A stretch of DNA of 64,000 nt, taken from assembly GCA_021613535.1 (NCBI GenBank), contig CP075492.1, positions 2,480,001-2,544,000 on the forward strand, read 5' to 3'. This document shows, in pieces, positions 25,535 to 39,000 of this stretch (positions are counted from its first letter, which is position 1; every line of letters starts with the position of its first letter). Under the pieces are notes generated by a model. The model made no database searches. It saw only the letters and a list, made by a program, of their open reading frames with translations, and had not been told where the DNA came from. This stretch comes from Adineta vaga. Lineage: Eukaryota > Animalia > Rotifera. The position numbers were made by a program, and so were the translations under genes.

Positions 25535-26934
25535 ATGAAAGTAATTCTTTTATGTGGTGGTGCTGGTACACGTTTTGAAGATGTCTATCCTAAACCATTG
25601 AATACGTATTAGATGAACTCAAAACTGCTTTAAATGTATTAACAATATTTTATTATCATGAATTGAAATATTATGGTTTGAAAGAGTTTCTAATCAATAC
25701 ATACAAAAATATTACTTTTGAATTTATTAAAATTGAGTTTCGTACTCGAGGTCCAGTTGAAACATGTTATGTTGGATTAAAAAAATTAAAAGTAGTAGAT
25801 GATGAACAAATACTATTTTTGGATAATGATAATATTTATACTGGTCTCTCGTCATTCGAACATTTACCCCCTGGCAAATTTTTATTTAAAAATAAAAATC
25901 CTACAAATCTTTCTCATTATAGTTTCATTCAAATCAATAATGATAATAAAATTATTGAATAATGATTTTTAATGATATATGTATTGGTGGATATGGATTT
26001 AAAACAAGTAATCTGTTCACTTCTGATGTCATATTCACTTGGCACACCGAATAATATTTTACTCAATATGAATAAAATTACTTGGAAAAAATTACGAATT
26101 CTTATAGATCTCGATATAATACAATTTTTTCATATCCTACACAATACAAAGATTATTCTACTGTTAGACCTATTCAACATATAAAAAATTTGGTTCATTT
26201 ATTAAAATCAAAAGGTCATGAAATTGTCATTAATACAGCACGAAAGATGGTAAGTTGTAATGATAATGTAGGTAAAGTAATCAAAGCTGTTGGTCGAATA
26301 ACTTTTAGATGAAGCAGGAATTCCATATGATGAATTATATTTTGGTAAACCTTATGGAGATATCTATATTGATGATAGAGCATTTAATACATTTGATAAA
26401 AATCTCTCTGAACAAATTGGTTTTTATGAAGGATCTGTATCAATTCAAGATTATCAAGCTAATAGATATAATAAAGTAAAACGAATAAATAAAACAAGAA
26501 TTATGAAAGAAGGTTCATCATTATTTGGAGAAATATGGTTTTATGATCATATTCAACAATCTAATATACATAAATATTTTCCAATGTTAATTAGTAGAGA
26601 AAATGTTAATAGAATTCTATTAGAATATATTGATGGAACATTATTAAGTAAAATATATAATGAAGGTTTATTACAAGATTTTCTTCTTATCAAATTATTA
26701 GACGTCGTTCAAGAAATTCATTCAACACAATTAGATGACGGAATTCAAATTGATCAACAAATAATTATTGAAGAAAATATAAATGATATTATTAAATTAA
26801 GTGGATATTTAATTTATAATACTTTTCATGTATATCCAGAGAATTTTGATATAAAGAAAAAGTATCTTATTCGGCAATTAGTTGAAAATATTTTTTCTCT
26901 AGACAACAAATGTATGCAAAGACACATTGATTAA
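25535..26934 (+). pseudogene. Intronless nucleotidyltransferase + HAD phosphatase + kinase-like fusion (capsule/sugar-biosynthesis type), disrupted
   Basis: MKVILLCGGAGTRF..PKPLN, TRGPVET, FLDNDNIY (NTP-transferase); LIDLD-NTIF, NTARKM, GIPYDELYFGKPYGDIYIDD (HAD); GEIWFY..LEYIDG (kinase-like). Several stops, frameshifts and deletions. Confidence 0.75.
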
Positions 26935-27197
26935 TAATATATATTTTCGTTTACTTCGAACTATAATACTACTGAACAATATAGAAATCAAAATGAATTC
27001 GAAAATTTATTTAAAATAATTTTATCTTGTTGATCTTTTCCGAATTTATTATTCTTCATAACCGATGATCTTCTTATCCCCAGTCTAAACGATCGTATCT
27101 AGAATTCTTATCTGAAAATTAATTATGTTTTTTTTAGTATTGATATTTGTAGTTATAGATGAAAAATTTCTAGAGCAAAAGATATTTATTTATCAAA

Positions 27198-28334
27198 ATG
27201 ACGATATTATCACAATCAACTGATCTTGTCTTACATATAACGGCTAATACTTACTCAAATAGAAAAATTCTACTTATATTTATCTGTAGTATCATCCCAC
27301 TATATGTATTTAACTCCTTCGGTTTCACAAAAACGCGAACATTATCTTTGAACGTAACCAAGATTATCGGTGATAAAATCAAATCTCCTTTTCAACAGAC
27401 ACTTGGATTTATTCGATGGAACTCTGCACATCGAGAACGAATATCTATTATGGAAAAATATCGACCTTTTTTTGCTGATTTGCATTACTCAATGCCAGGT
27501 TATACATCGCAGTTGACTTATATTGCGGATGGCTGGGATCGTGGAGCAACGATATATAAAGTACTCGGAGATACGATACAAATCATATTACAAAATTATT
27601 CAGCTATTGAAGGAATTTTATACTTTCATTTTGACGTAAGTATATATATATATATATTTGAGATTGAAGTTCTATCATCATATGATGAGGAAACGAATGT
27701 ATTTTATTTAGGCATGGATAAATCCTTTCCAGTTCATTGACATGAATTTTCATAATATTTGGTTTCCTGATTCTACTTTATCTCCATTTAAATGTGTTAA
27801 TAACACAGCAGGATGGAGATGGTGGGCATGGGACAGCGGATATCATAATGTTGCCAAAATTGCCATGCAAAATGTAGCAAAAAATTATTCAAATAGATTT
27901 GTTACCATTGAAAGTGTGTTTTGTGGAGGGCAAGTTTTACTCGTCTCTTTCTTTTTCGATTAGAAATTTTTACATTTTTTATTTCTAGTTGGTCTGATAT
28001 TTATTATATACCTAGACGTTTTTTTAAGGATTTTATTGATTCGGGGAATGTATTCTATGATGTTGGTTCATTTCATGAAGTTGCAGTTCGTACTATGATT
28101 AATATTATCGATCTCACTTATCGATCAACACCTTTCCATACGGTTATCACACGACTCACCGATTGTTGGGGAGACTGTTGTACAAATGGTGCCAGTCCAG
28201 ATGATATCAAACGAAAACGATGTGGTCATAGAATTGATCTAACAAATGATGCTCTAAGAAATACACTTATTGATATCTTAGATTCACAAAAGATTTTTCT
28301 TAATAGAACTATTTTAAGAAAATTAGAGAAATAA
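27198..28334 (+). CDS. Type II membrane protein, possible STELLO/DUF288-like glycosyltransferase (3 exons)
   Basis: TM near the N-terminus; GILYFHFD|AW, GG|WSDIYYIPRRF, FHEVAV, CGHRIDL. Introns 27636-27711 (GT-AG) and 27930-27988 (GC-AG) restore the frame. Family call is tentative. Confidence 0.6.
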
Positions 28335-28398
28335 TCGAGTGAATATCATTATATATTCTACTTATGAAAACAGCCGCTTTTGCTTATCTCTACTGCTT

Positions 28399-28444
28399 CC
28401 TGAGGGTGTAGATATATTTGTTTATTATTACCCACACCCTCAAG
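28399..28444. repeat. Telomere-like palindromic element, copy 10
   Basis: cctgagggtgtagata...tacccacaccctcaag, ending 4 bp from the stop codon of the convergent phosphatase gene. Confidence 0.85.
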
Positions 28445-28448
28445 ATGA

Positions 28449-30280
28449 TTATTTATTCAAATGAAATTGATCAACAAGATGATCATCGTCTGTATGATAA
28501 TAATTAAATGTTAAATATGTTTTATTTGCCCATATATGTGTATATCCAAAATCAATATCATGATATAAACTCCATGTAGTACCACTATAGTTTCCATATG
28601 TTAAATCATGTCCACCCATACCAATTAATATTTGTGTAATACCATTTTCTACACATTGATGTTGATACATTGGACATGTTCGTTCATAAGAATGAATATG
28701 TGCATAAAGATTTAAATCAACGTGATATTTATAGAGAAGAGGTTCAATATAAAGTTGTAACATAAGACCAACTAAATCAATGACTACTAATGATGTATAC
28801 ATTGGACGATGTGAACTAACAATTAACCATGGAGTACGTGAACGATTTACAGAACGAAGATCATTTTCAAGCCATGTATATTGAGGTGATGATCGTCGAA
28901 AATCATGTTCAGTTGAATAATAAACAATATGAATTGGTCCAATATCAAAACTATACCAGAAAAGACTATTTCCATTCGATGGTGAATGAAAACGATGAAC
29001 CATTGGTACAGCACATTCACCACCTGAATCATAACCATAATTTCCCCTAGGAAAACAAAATTTTATTATTTGACGGAAAAATTCAAAGAGAACTCACCAT
29101 ATTGGACGAAATCCTCCTTCACCTGGAGCACCACTAGGATCTTTATCACCACCGGTAACATGATCATATTCATGATTCCCAATACCGACCATATATGGAA
29201 CGGAAGATGTAACCATTTCAATTTGAGCCATAAAAGCATCCCAAAGTGCACCAATACCTCGAGCATAACTCACATCACCAATATGTAAAATCGCTGTTAC
29301 ATTATTTGTTTGAACTCTAGTTGCCACTCGATCTATTGTTGCTTTAGCACCTGACTGAATAGGTGATACACCCATATCACCATAGGCAATAAGATTAACT
29401 TCATCATCAATATTAACTGCGCGATTAATGAAATGAAATATTGGTGACCAACCATGTTCATTATTTCCTACTCGATAATAATAGATTGTTGATGGATATA
29501 AATTATTGAGAAGAATTGTATGCATATAACCAGGATTAATAAATGATTGTGGACCACTTATATTTGCTTTTCCTTCACACATATCAGATGCTTGATAAGT
29601 TATTGTTGTTCCATTGCTTTGAAAATGAAGTGATGTTGAATCAAAACCATATTGACATTGAGGAATAATTTGATTTGAATTAGTTACATATGAAACAAAG
29701 ATTTCATTATTGTGATTACCAAATGCTAAATGAACTTGTGTTGGTTCATTATAATTGATTGGTTCAACAATTGGAGATTTAGCAAGGAATTCATAATTTC
29801 CATTACAATTTCGATTACGTGAATAATAACGAAATTCTAATTGTCGACGTAAATTAATCATAAACCATGTTGAATTATTTTGTCCAATTTGAATAAATTC
29901 ATAATCAACATAATCACAAGCACCTACAATAAACATAAAAAATAACAATAAAGAATATTGAATTCAATTTATTCACCTGTTTCTTTTTGTATTTCAACAA
30001 AATAAATACCAATAAAATCATCTTTACATGGATTTGATAATGGTATCCATGAAACATCAAGCGAATCCTTATTTAAATAATGTGTCGTTGAAACTTGTAA
30101 ATCCGCCATTTTTACAGATAATGAATTTGATGAAATACCAATAGTTCGGTTACAATTAAATGGACTTGGTATTTGAAATTTCGAATGGATTTTTCTAAAT
30201 GGCCCATTGGTATGTACATGTTCTTCACTTTGTACAATGACAACGATACAAAAACAAATTAGAACATAATAAAATAACAT
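28449..30280 (-). CDS. Purple acid phosphatase (secreted, FN3 + metallophosphoesterase; 3 exons)
   Basis: Exons 30280-29977, 29923-29098 and 29046-28449. Metal-ligand motifs GDMG, GDVSYA, GNHE, SHRP and AHIHSYER. Confidence 0.92.
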
Positions 30281-30903
30281 CTTGTTGTTTTATTTTTCAT
30301 TCGATTTTTAACAGTATTTATATTTACATAAATGACAAAAAAAATGAAATAAACTGATAACATATCATTGTAAAGAAACCTACATAATTTAGAGAGTATT
30401 CAAAAGAAAAGAACATCACAAATATTTGGGTAACTACCTAGTAATTTTGCGTATAAAAAAGAGACCCTTGTTGTTTATCGATATTTTTATTACAATCGCT
30501 CTCATCATCGATGGGTCTACTACGTAGTAATAGTTTTGTAACTGTTCAACAGTTCAAAGAGATACTTTCTATATGGATGATCTAATTCAAAATATTTATT
30601 AGATTTAATCGATGAGATGTGTTTTTATGCGTTAAATTTTAATTCATATAGAAATAATGAACAAAAGAATTTATCTTTTTCTTAAAACAAAACATCATTC
30701 ATATTAAAGTGTGTTAATGGGTCAATGGAACTTGTTTTGTATGTAAGTCTTTATTGAGAGAAATCAAAACGATTATTTGTTTTAACTCTTCAAGTATAAG
30801 AGCTGCTAGAGTTTAATCTTTATGATATAGATTTTGTAGGAGCAAAGAGAAAAAAACATTGACTTCATGTAATAAATGTGAGCACATATATATACAAGTA
30901 TCT

Positions 30904-32316
30904 TTAAAGTTCTTGTTTGTTTCGAAATAGATTTTGACAAGACTTATATGTTGATGTGGTAGTTAATGATATACAATAGTTCCATAGTTTTGTTGTGCCC
31001 AATAAAATTCCAATAAATTCCCATTCATTTGAACTTGATGGTACAAAACATATTCCACCACTGAAGCCATATGTAGCTGGTGTATCGATAAAAAACTTTT
31101 GTTTATCGAAATATCTTAATTTGCCACTGCAGTTTCTAAACGTATCAAGCAGCATTATCTGTGCTGGTGTTTTTCCATTAACAACGGATATGCTCTTTAA
31201 TGACGATCGAAGATGTATTAATGGATCTAAAATTAAGTCAAAAGAAGATGGTGCAACACCAACATATCCAATGACATTTATTGATATTTGATTATCATTG
31301 GAAAAGAATGCTGTTGAATTCAATGGTGCTGGTACACAAACTTGGACATGTTGATATAAATGTGCATTTACTTTCGAACATTTAATTATACCGAAAGAAA
31401 TAGATGATTAAAATTATTGATTTTAAGAATTGTCTTCTAGTTCTTATCTGCTAAATAAAACTAAAATCATCGTGTGTTGTTGACATTCGTTTATGATGTC
31501 TTCTAGCGAAAATAAAATGTCTTATATCTGCTTACATTTAGGTCAGGAACTTCTCTTTGACCATTTCTTTCTACGAACTAAATCCTTTTAAACTCTATAG
31601 AGACATATAGAGCTAGATTAGAAACGAAAATAATAACTAAAGTATTATTGCATTTTTAAAAGATTCTCTTACTCACCAATATCTTCCCACCATGCTTGAG
31701 AAAACGTTTGTGTACTTGAGATCACTTTACACTCAAAATCCATTGATGAGAACTGATTCTCTGAGTTCTTGTCAACAGTTTCAATTTGTAATGAAGAGAC
31801 ACATAACAATGGATAAACAAATTTTAATAATATGTGAAAAAATGCACAACATAATAGTGAATATATTATAGCATAAATGAATAATTCTAATAAAGATAAT
31901 GTAAATTTAATACACCATGACACAATAACTGCCAATAAAGTAACCATATAAATAGATATTAATTGATCAAATGTTAATACGTATTGTGAAATAATTACAT
32001 GAAATGCCGTGATAATTACGACATAATCATTGTTTTTATGTATAACTACCCCTGTCCCTTTCATTTCATTGACAGTTAATTGAAAGAAATCATATTGATG
32101 ATAGATTTTGACTAAACACTTTGTCATTGGAGATCTTATTCGAACTTCATTACACGAACCAAGTACTTTAAATTTACCACCATGTTGCACCACGAAATAT
32201 CGATAGTTAACATCTGGTCGGGAATGCTGAATGATCCTATGATCGATTAGTGTTTGTTTGGTACAATAATATCCCTTAATTGTCAATACAAAAATAATCA
32301 ACAAGTATTTCATCAT
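30904..32316 (-). CDS. Trypsin-like serine protease with internal hydrophobic helices (2 exons; splice acceptor atypical)
   Basis: Signal peptide; GTGVVI..IITAFH (His), EDIG (Asp), TYGFSGG (Ser). Donor after 31677; the in-frame acceptor before 31391 reads CG instead of AG. Confidence 0.6.
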
Positions 32317-33001
32317 GAATTTGTTTTGTACACTAAAAATAAAAAGACTTATATACCAGAAGGAAGCAATACATCTTCAGTAAAAACAAAAAGACAATGA
32401 CGATTGTCTCTTTCGTCTGATGGAATGATGAATCAGAATTTGCATAAATTCTACAGGTCGATAGAAGTGAATCAAACAGGCTAACCAAAGGCAATTAATT
32501 CACTTCTTATACAAAATTTGAGCCAATCAAATGACGAGTGTATGTTGTATAAGCGCCAATATCTTTTTCTTTCCTCATATACATACAAAAAACATTAAAA
32601 CTGTTTTCAATATATTCGTAGTTATTGTTAATAACATTGCTTTATCATGAATTTATTAGATATAAAACGATTATTATATTAAATGAACAAAGTATTTCAC
32701 CTAAAATATGATTTTCGGAATACTTTAATTGACAGAAAACGCCGTTCTTACATCTACAGAATTTTTCGTCTAGTTTCGAATTATTAAGATGTTGTTTTCG
32801 TTACTTCTACATTACGTTTGAACAACTACTTTGATAGCAATGAACAAGAATATCCCCATAACGAAATAAACACAGTTTCTTACAAATGAAGTTAATTAAA
32901 CTAAAACTTTTAGTATTTGAAATATATGATCGATTCACATTCTATTAAAATATGAAGATAACCAAAAAGAATAAAAAGTTCATTTGAATTGTTTTTTGCA
33001 T

Positions 33002-36000
33002 CTACAGTTTTAATTTCCCATCTTTTTCAGATAAATAAAGCTAAAAATGAATAAAATAAATCTATTATATTGAATTTATCAAAGAAAACCTACTCGAGTA
33101 ATAACATTCATTAATTGATCAATTTTCTTTGGAAAATCTTCTATTGGATTAATATATTGTGATCTTATCCATTCATTTCTTTCATCTTCTTCAGTCTTTA
33201 TCAAACCGAAGAATTTTTGAAATCTTCTAATCATAAATATCAATAAAACTTGATTATCATTTTCAGCATTTTCTCTTGCACACCGAAAATTGTCACTAAT
33301 AATTGTAATAAACATACTCAAACAAACAAAAACAACAATAAGTATAAACAAAGCAAATGCAATAGGTCCAAGAACTGGTGCAGCTTCTGTTAATTCTTGT
33401 GCATCAAATTTCATCAAAGTCATTTCAAATAACATTCGAATTGTTTTCATTATCGATGCACATGAAGATAATTGTGAAACAAATAATAAATAAAAAAGTG
33501 CAATAAATGATGTAAATACAATATTAAACATCACAAAAAATGAAAGTAATTCTTTTGTAGAATATTTTAATGTTTGAATAAATAAACAAATACGTTGATT
33601 AAAACGACATAATTTTATAAATTTAATTGTTCCAAAAAACGAACAAAAACCAAATAAATAAATTAAAATATTATTGATATATGATGCCATTTGTAAATTA
33701 ATATAAACATAACCATTCGTTTCACGAAATAATTTACCAATTCTTTGACATTCTTTATATCTCCAAATATAAATACCAACACTTGTCCATGAACAAATAC
33801 AAATACTAAGTTCAATCCAAGACCAAAATCTTTGACAATATTTTTTCCATTTTAATTTTAAAAATAATCGAAATTCAATCCACATTAAATAAATAATCAT
33901 AATCATATAGAATAGATTACAAATCAATTGAAATGATGATGTAAATGCTAAAACAAAATCTATCAAAATATATATATCGAATAGGAAAGTTTATTTTACC
34001 ATAGAAATCTAACGGTTCAAATCGTGATTGAGTTAAAATTCCACCGGTTGAAATCATTTCAAAAAGAAAATTTGCAGATATAAATAAATGAACATTTGGA
34101 TTATATAAAGTAAATTGAATAATAACAGCTCGTGTTTGTTGATCAATCCATTTTAATTGTTGAAGTTGACTTAAATTACTTTGAATTTCAGATAAACGAC
34201 CACGAAATTCATAAATATAACCACCACCGGGATAAATTCCATGTTCACCAATATATGGATAAGTATTTGATTGATCACTTGTTTGATATTGAAATGCTAA
34301 ATTTGAATTATTTTTCATCCATTGATGAGTATCTTCATTTGAATAACTAAAATCATTATGACATATTAATTGAATTTGTTTATTTAAACATAATTCTGAA
34401 CGAATTCTTAATTGTCTCATTGTTGCCCATCCAATTAATCGAATTGTTTTATCATTAATATAACCTGAAAGATTCCGAGGTGAATCACCATTATACCATT
34501 GTTGTGCACGAAGATTTTTAATAAAACTTTCTTCTAACCATTTCCAATAATCATTAATTGTTGATATTTTTGTATAATCATTATCATTTTGTCTTGAATT
34601 AAGAAAATATTTTCTTAAATGATTTACTTGAAGAGATAAATCAGTTTGTTCACGTGAATAAAGAACTAGATAAAGAAGTGCTAAGAAACATAAATAAACA
34701 AGAATTTCACGAATAATTGACCACATTTCCAGTTCTTTTACACGTTGATCACGTGCCCAAATAACTTCTTCTTCAGTTAAACGATTTGAATAATCAAGAG
34801 TTTGAAATTTTTTATTCTAAAATACATTCATTTTTTTTTTATCAAATATTTATGAAAAGAAACAAACCTTGGAAGTATGAAGATATTCTTCATCAAAATT
34901 TAATTCTAATGAATCATGATCTAAATATTCAAGTGCTTCTTTATCTTCATTCAATTTTCGACAAAAACATGCGAAAATAATCGCTAAAATTAAAAGCTTA
35001 AAAAACAAAATTATTTCAAATAATCAAATTCAAATAAAACATTTCTTACTTTTAACGGTTGAGTAAAAAGAATTGAAGAAAAAAATCCCGATAAAATTGA
35101 TATTAACCATTTTTGAGTTTTTTCATCACCAAATTCAATTCCACGAGCAATAATAAATAAAATTGAAACACTTACAAACATAATACAAAGTCCATAGGCA
35201 ATAAATATAAACCACCATGGAAAAGTTAATGAACATTTGTTTTTCTTTTTCTTTTCGACATTCGTTTGCCAATTTGGTCGAAGTTTCGATAAAGTTTCTT
35301 GTAAAGGTGATAAATACGAACGTCGAGATCGTAGACGTCGAAATAATTGAACAACTAGAAGACTTGGAATCAATGCAAATATTTCCACAATGATTCCAAT
35401 TGTTACCTAAATATAAACTTATTATTCAATAATCAAGAAAGAAAAACATTACTTGTTCACGGTTAATTGAAAGCGAACCAAATGATAAACTTGCTGTTTG
35501 ATTTGTATTTTTAGTTTTAACTTCATTTGAAAGATCATAATACATTATATTAAGAAACATCGAAATAATAAATAAAACAAAACAACATGTACATCGTTGA
35601 ACACGTGTAAATCGATTTGATGGTGGACGTGAAAAAATTGAAAACCATAAATGACCATCCGATATACTATGATATGTACTTTTTGCTAAAATATATGAAT
35701 ATTCTTGTTTTTCGAATTCACTTGCAACTGCTAAAATACGTTCAATTTTTCCATCATCTTTTTCAACAGCAAACCATTTTTGACAAATAAAATGAAATTT
35801 TTCCATTGTTTGTAAATCATGAATAATTAGATATTTTAAAAACCATGATGATGATGAACCTTTACCAGTATTATCATGCCAAATACGAATACAATTTAAT
35901 AAACCTAACGATTTTGGTACAGCCATTACAAATGCATCAACACCACCACGTTGAAGAATTTCTCGATGAGGATCAGATAATGTTCGAATAGTTGTATCAT

Positions 36001-39000
36001 CACCATCACCTGATAATACAAAACGAACATTAGATTTTGTTCCTGCACCTTTTCGTTGACCAGTAAAAACAATAATTTCATAAAAATATTCATCGAATTG
36101 ATCATTATCAGGTAACGGTGTTACTCCCAACTAAATAAACAACAACATTAACTTTCTCTTTCTTTCACTTTCTCTTTCTTACCTTTTGAATATCTTTTCG
36201 ATCTTTATATCTCGCATAGATCACTATGACAATATATAAAACTAATACACAAATTATAGTCAAATAAATTGTTTTATTCTTCGCGAAATCTGCATTAGCA
36301 AAAACATAACTCCAATTGACTGGTGTTGGTAAAACAACAAATCCACCAGCAAAACTTGTTAAATGAGTTGATAAACATTGAGTTTGAAAACGATTTGTCA
36401 ATGGACCAACAATTAATCCATCAAATTTCCATTGATCTGTTTGTTGACGATAATAACAGCAAGCTGCATAGATTCTCAACTCATAATTAGCTGTAAAAAT
36501 AACTGGTTCATCTTGAATTGGTGGATTTGTTATTGATGATGAATTTGAACAGATTATTTGTTGTTCAGTTGAATTTAATTCTCGTAAACCAATTACAATT
36601 GATGTATGATCAATAGATTGTTGATTATCAATATAATATGTATAAAGATTTTCATCGGAGAAATCTGTTGAAGGACAAAATATTTTCCAACCATCAATTT
36701 GTTTGTTTGAACTGTTTAATTGTGGAATTTGATCAAATTTATAAATAAATAAATAAGAAAGAGAAGAATTTAGTGGATGAATTTCAAAATGTGTTGATCT
36801 TGGAAGAGAATTTGTGATATTAATGTAATGAAATGAAAATAATTGTTTATTTGAAATTGAATTCATTGATGTAACATTTTGGAAAATCATTTCAGGAATA
36901 AAAAGATTTGGATCACGAGGAATAAGAATTTCAATTGGATGAGAAAGATTTGTTTGAATAAAAATTTCATTTTCATTTCGATCAAGAAGTGAAAGTGTTA
37001 CTGATCGAGATAAATTTGTATCTTTTGATGAAGATTTCCATTGATTAACTGTTGCAAGTGATTCTAATATTGACTAAATTATAATATAAATTTATTCTTT
37101 ATTTTTCTTAGAAAGAAAATAAAATTTACTCGAATTAAAATTGCTGAATTATTATTCTGATCGAATTGAATCATATCAGGAAATTGAATTTGAGCATTAT
37201 CCATTTGTTTTATAAGTTTATTTGATAAAGAATCAATTGATATTTTTTCAACTGACATAAATACTTGACTTGTATTAATCAGAAAATTTTGTCCAATATT
37301 TAAATGATTACGTAATGATGAAGTTAATAATGTAATCATTTTATTATTTTGATTAAAAATTTCGTTAGCTAATTGATTTTGATAATATTTATTTCGATTT
37401 TTATCAAGTGTTTCCCAGGAAAAATCATCTCCATCAGCAAATGAATCTTTTAATAAAATCAAATAAAATCAATAATAATAATGAAAAAGAATCAATTTTA
37501 CTTGGATTTGACCATTCAAATTCAACATCCGTATCATAATCATCAGGAAATTTTCTTGCACGGGTTGAATCTAAATCTAAAACAATTGTTCGTTCTTGTA
37601 ATGGACCATTTACAGCCTAAAATTGTATCAAAATTCTCTAACTTAAACTGATAAAAATTCGATGAAACTTACAGCTAAAACATTAGCAGCACATTCCATA
37701 AGTTGAGTTGCAGCCATTTGAACATCTTCATATGGAATCTGTGCTGACATTGATGATAAAGCAAGAGTTAATTGATAGCATCGATCCGATGCAATTGTCT
37801 AATTAAGAAGAAGAAGAAGAACGAAGGAAGAATTCGACAAATAAAAGAAAGAATGTGAAAACTGACTAATGTTGTTCGAGTTAATTCATTTGTTGCAGAA
37901 GTTAATTGTGCTAATGCTGTCGCTTGTAATTTAACACTATTTGCTGTTGTTATAGCAAGTTTTGATGTTGATGTAATCAAATATTCTCGAACATTTGCAT
38001 AAATATTCACTTGTTTTTCATATTCTTCTAAAGCTGTTTGATTCAATAACATTGAATTCTAAAGAAAATGAAATTTCTATTAAAAAAATCGTTAATTCTA
38101 ATTTTTACTTCATGTGATATTTGTTCTTCTAATGATGAAACTGAAATACTTGTTATTGGTATTCCATCTATTAAAAGAAAAATCGAAGAAAATTTTCTTA
38201 GATTAAATGAAATTTTACTTGAAAAAGCTTTGTCAATGATATCATTATTAATTTGATTAATATCTTGTGAAAGTGAAATGATCAATTGTCCAACAATATT
38301 TTGATTTTCACTTGCAAGTAATCGAACAATAGGATTATTTGGAATTTCATTGGATGAATTTTGAATTTGATTGAAAAAATTTGAAATTGATATCGAATCG
38401 AAGTGAATGTGAACTGTTGGTAGAAAAAATTCAGTAGTACAATAGAATGCATCTCGAATATGAACAATTAAATGAAGTAAAGATGTTTGATTATCAATCG
38501 CTGGTAATCGAACTTGAAATATTGATTCAGATGAAAATGCAACAATGATTTTCTTCAAAGAATTATTCGTCCAAACTACAAAAGAAATCTAAAGTTTTAT
38601 AGAAGAAAATATGATATTATACCATAGAGAGCATAATCACGAATACCGTCATTATCAAGCCATTGTGAACATGAAATAGTAAAGATTGTATTTATTGTAC
38701 CATTGAGAGAATCGATTGAACAAAAGCCATTGTATGGTGGTTGATTAATGAGAAAATTTAATGAACTTGAACTTGTTTCTGTTAAAAATGAATAAATAGT
38801 TTCAAATCGCCATAGATAAATTTGAGGATGACCTAAAAATAAATCATCCGTTGCTGTAAAATTACTTGTATTTGTACCTAAAATATGACAAATATATATG
38901 GGAGAAAATAAACAAAAAAAAGAATCTTTACCGAAAAACCAAATATCTTCATAATTATTTTTTTGATTGAATAAAATCCATTGAGTGATATTTGAAGATG

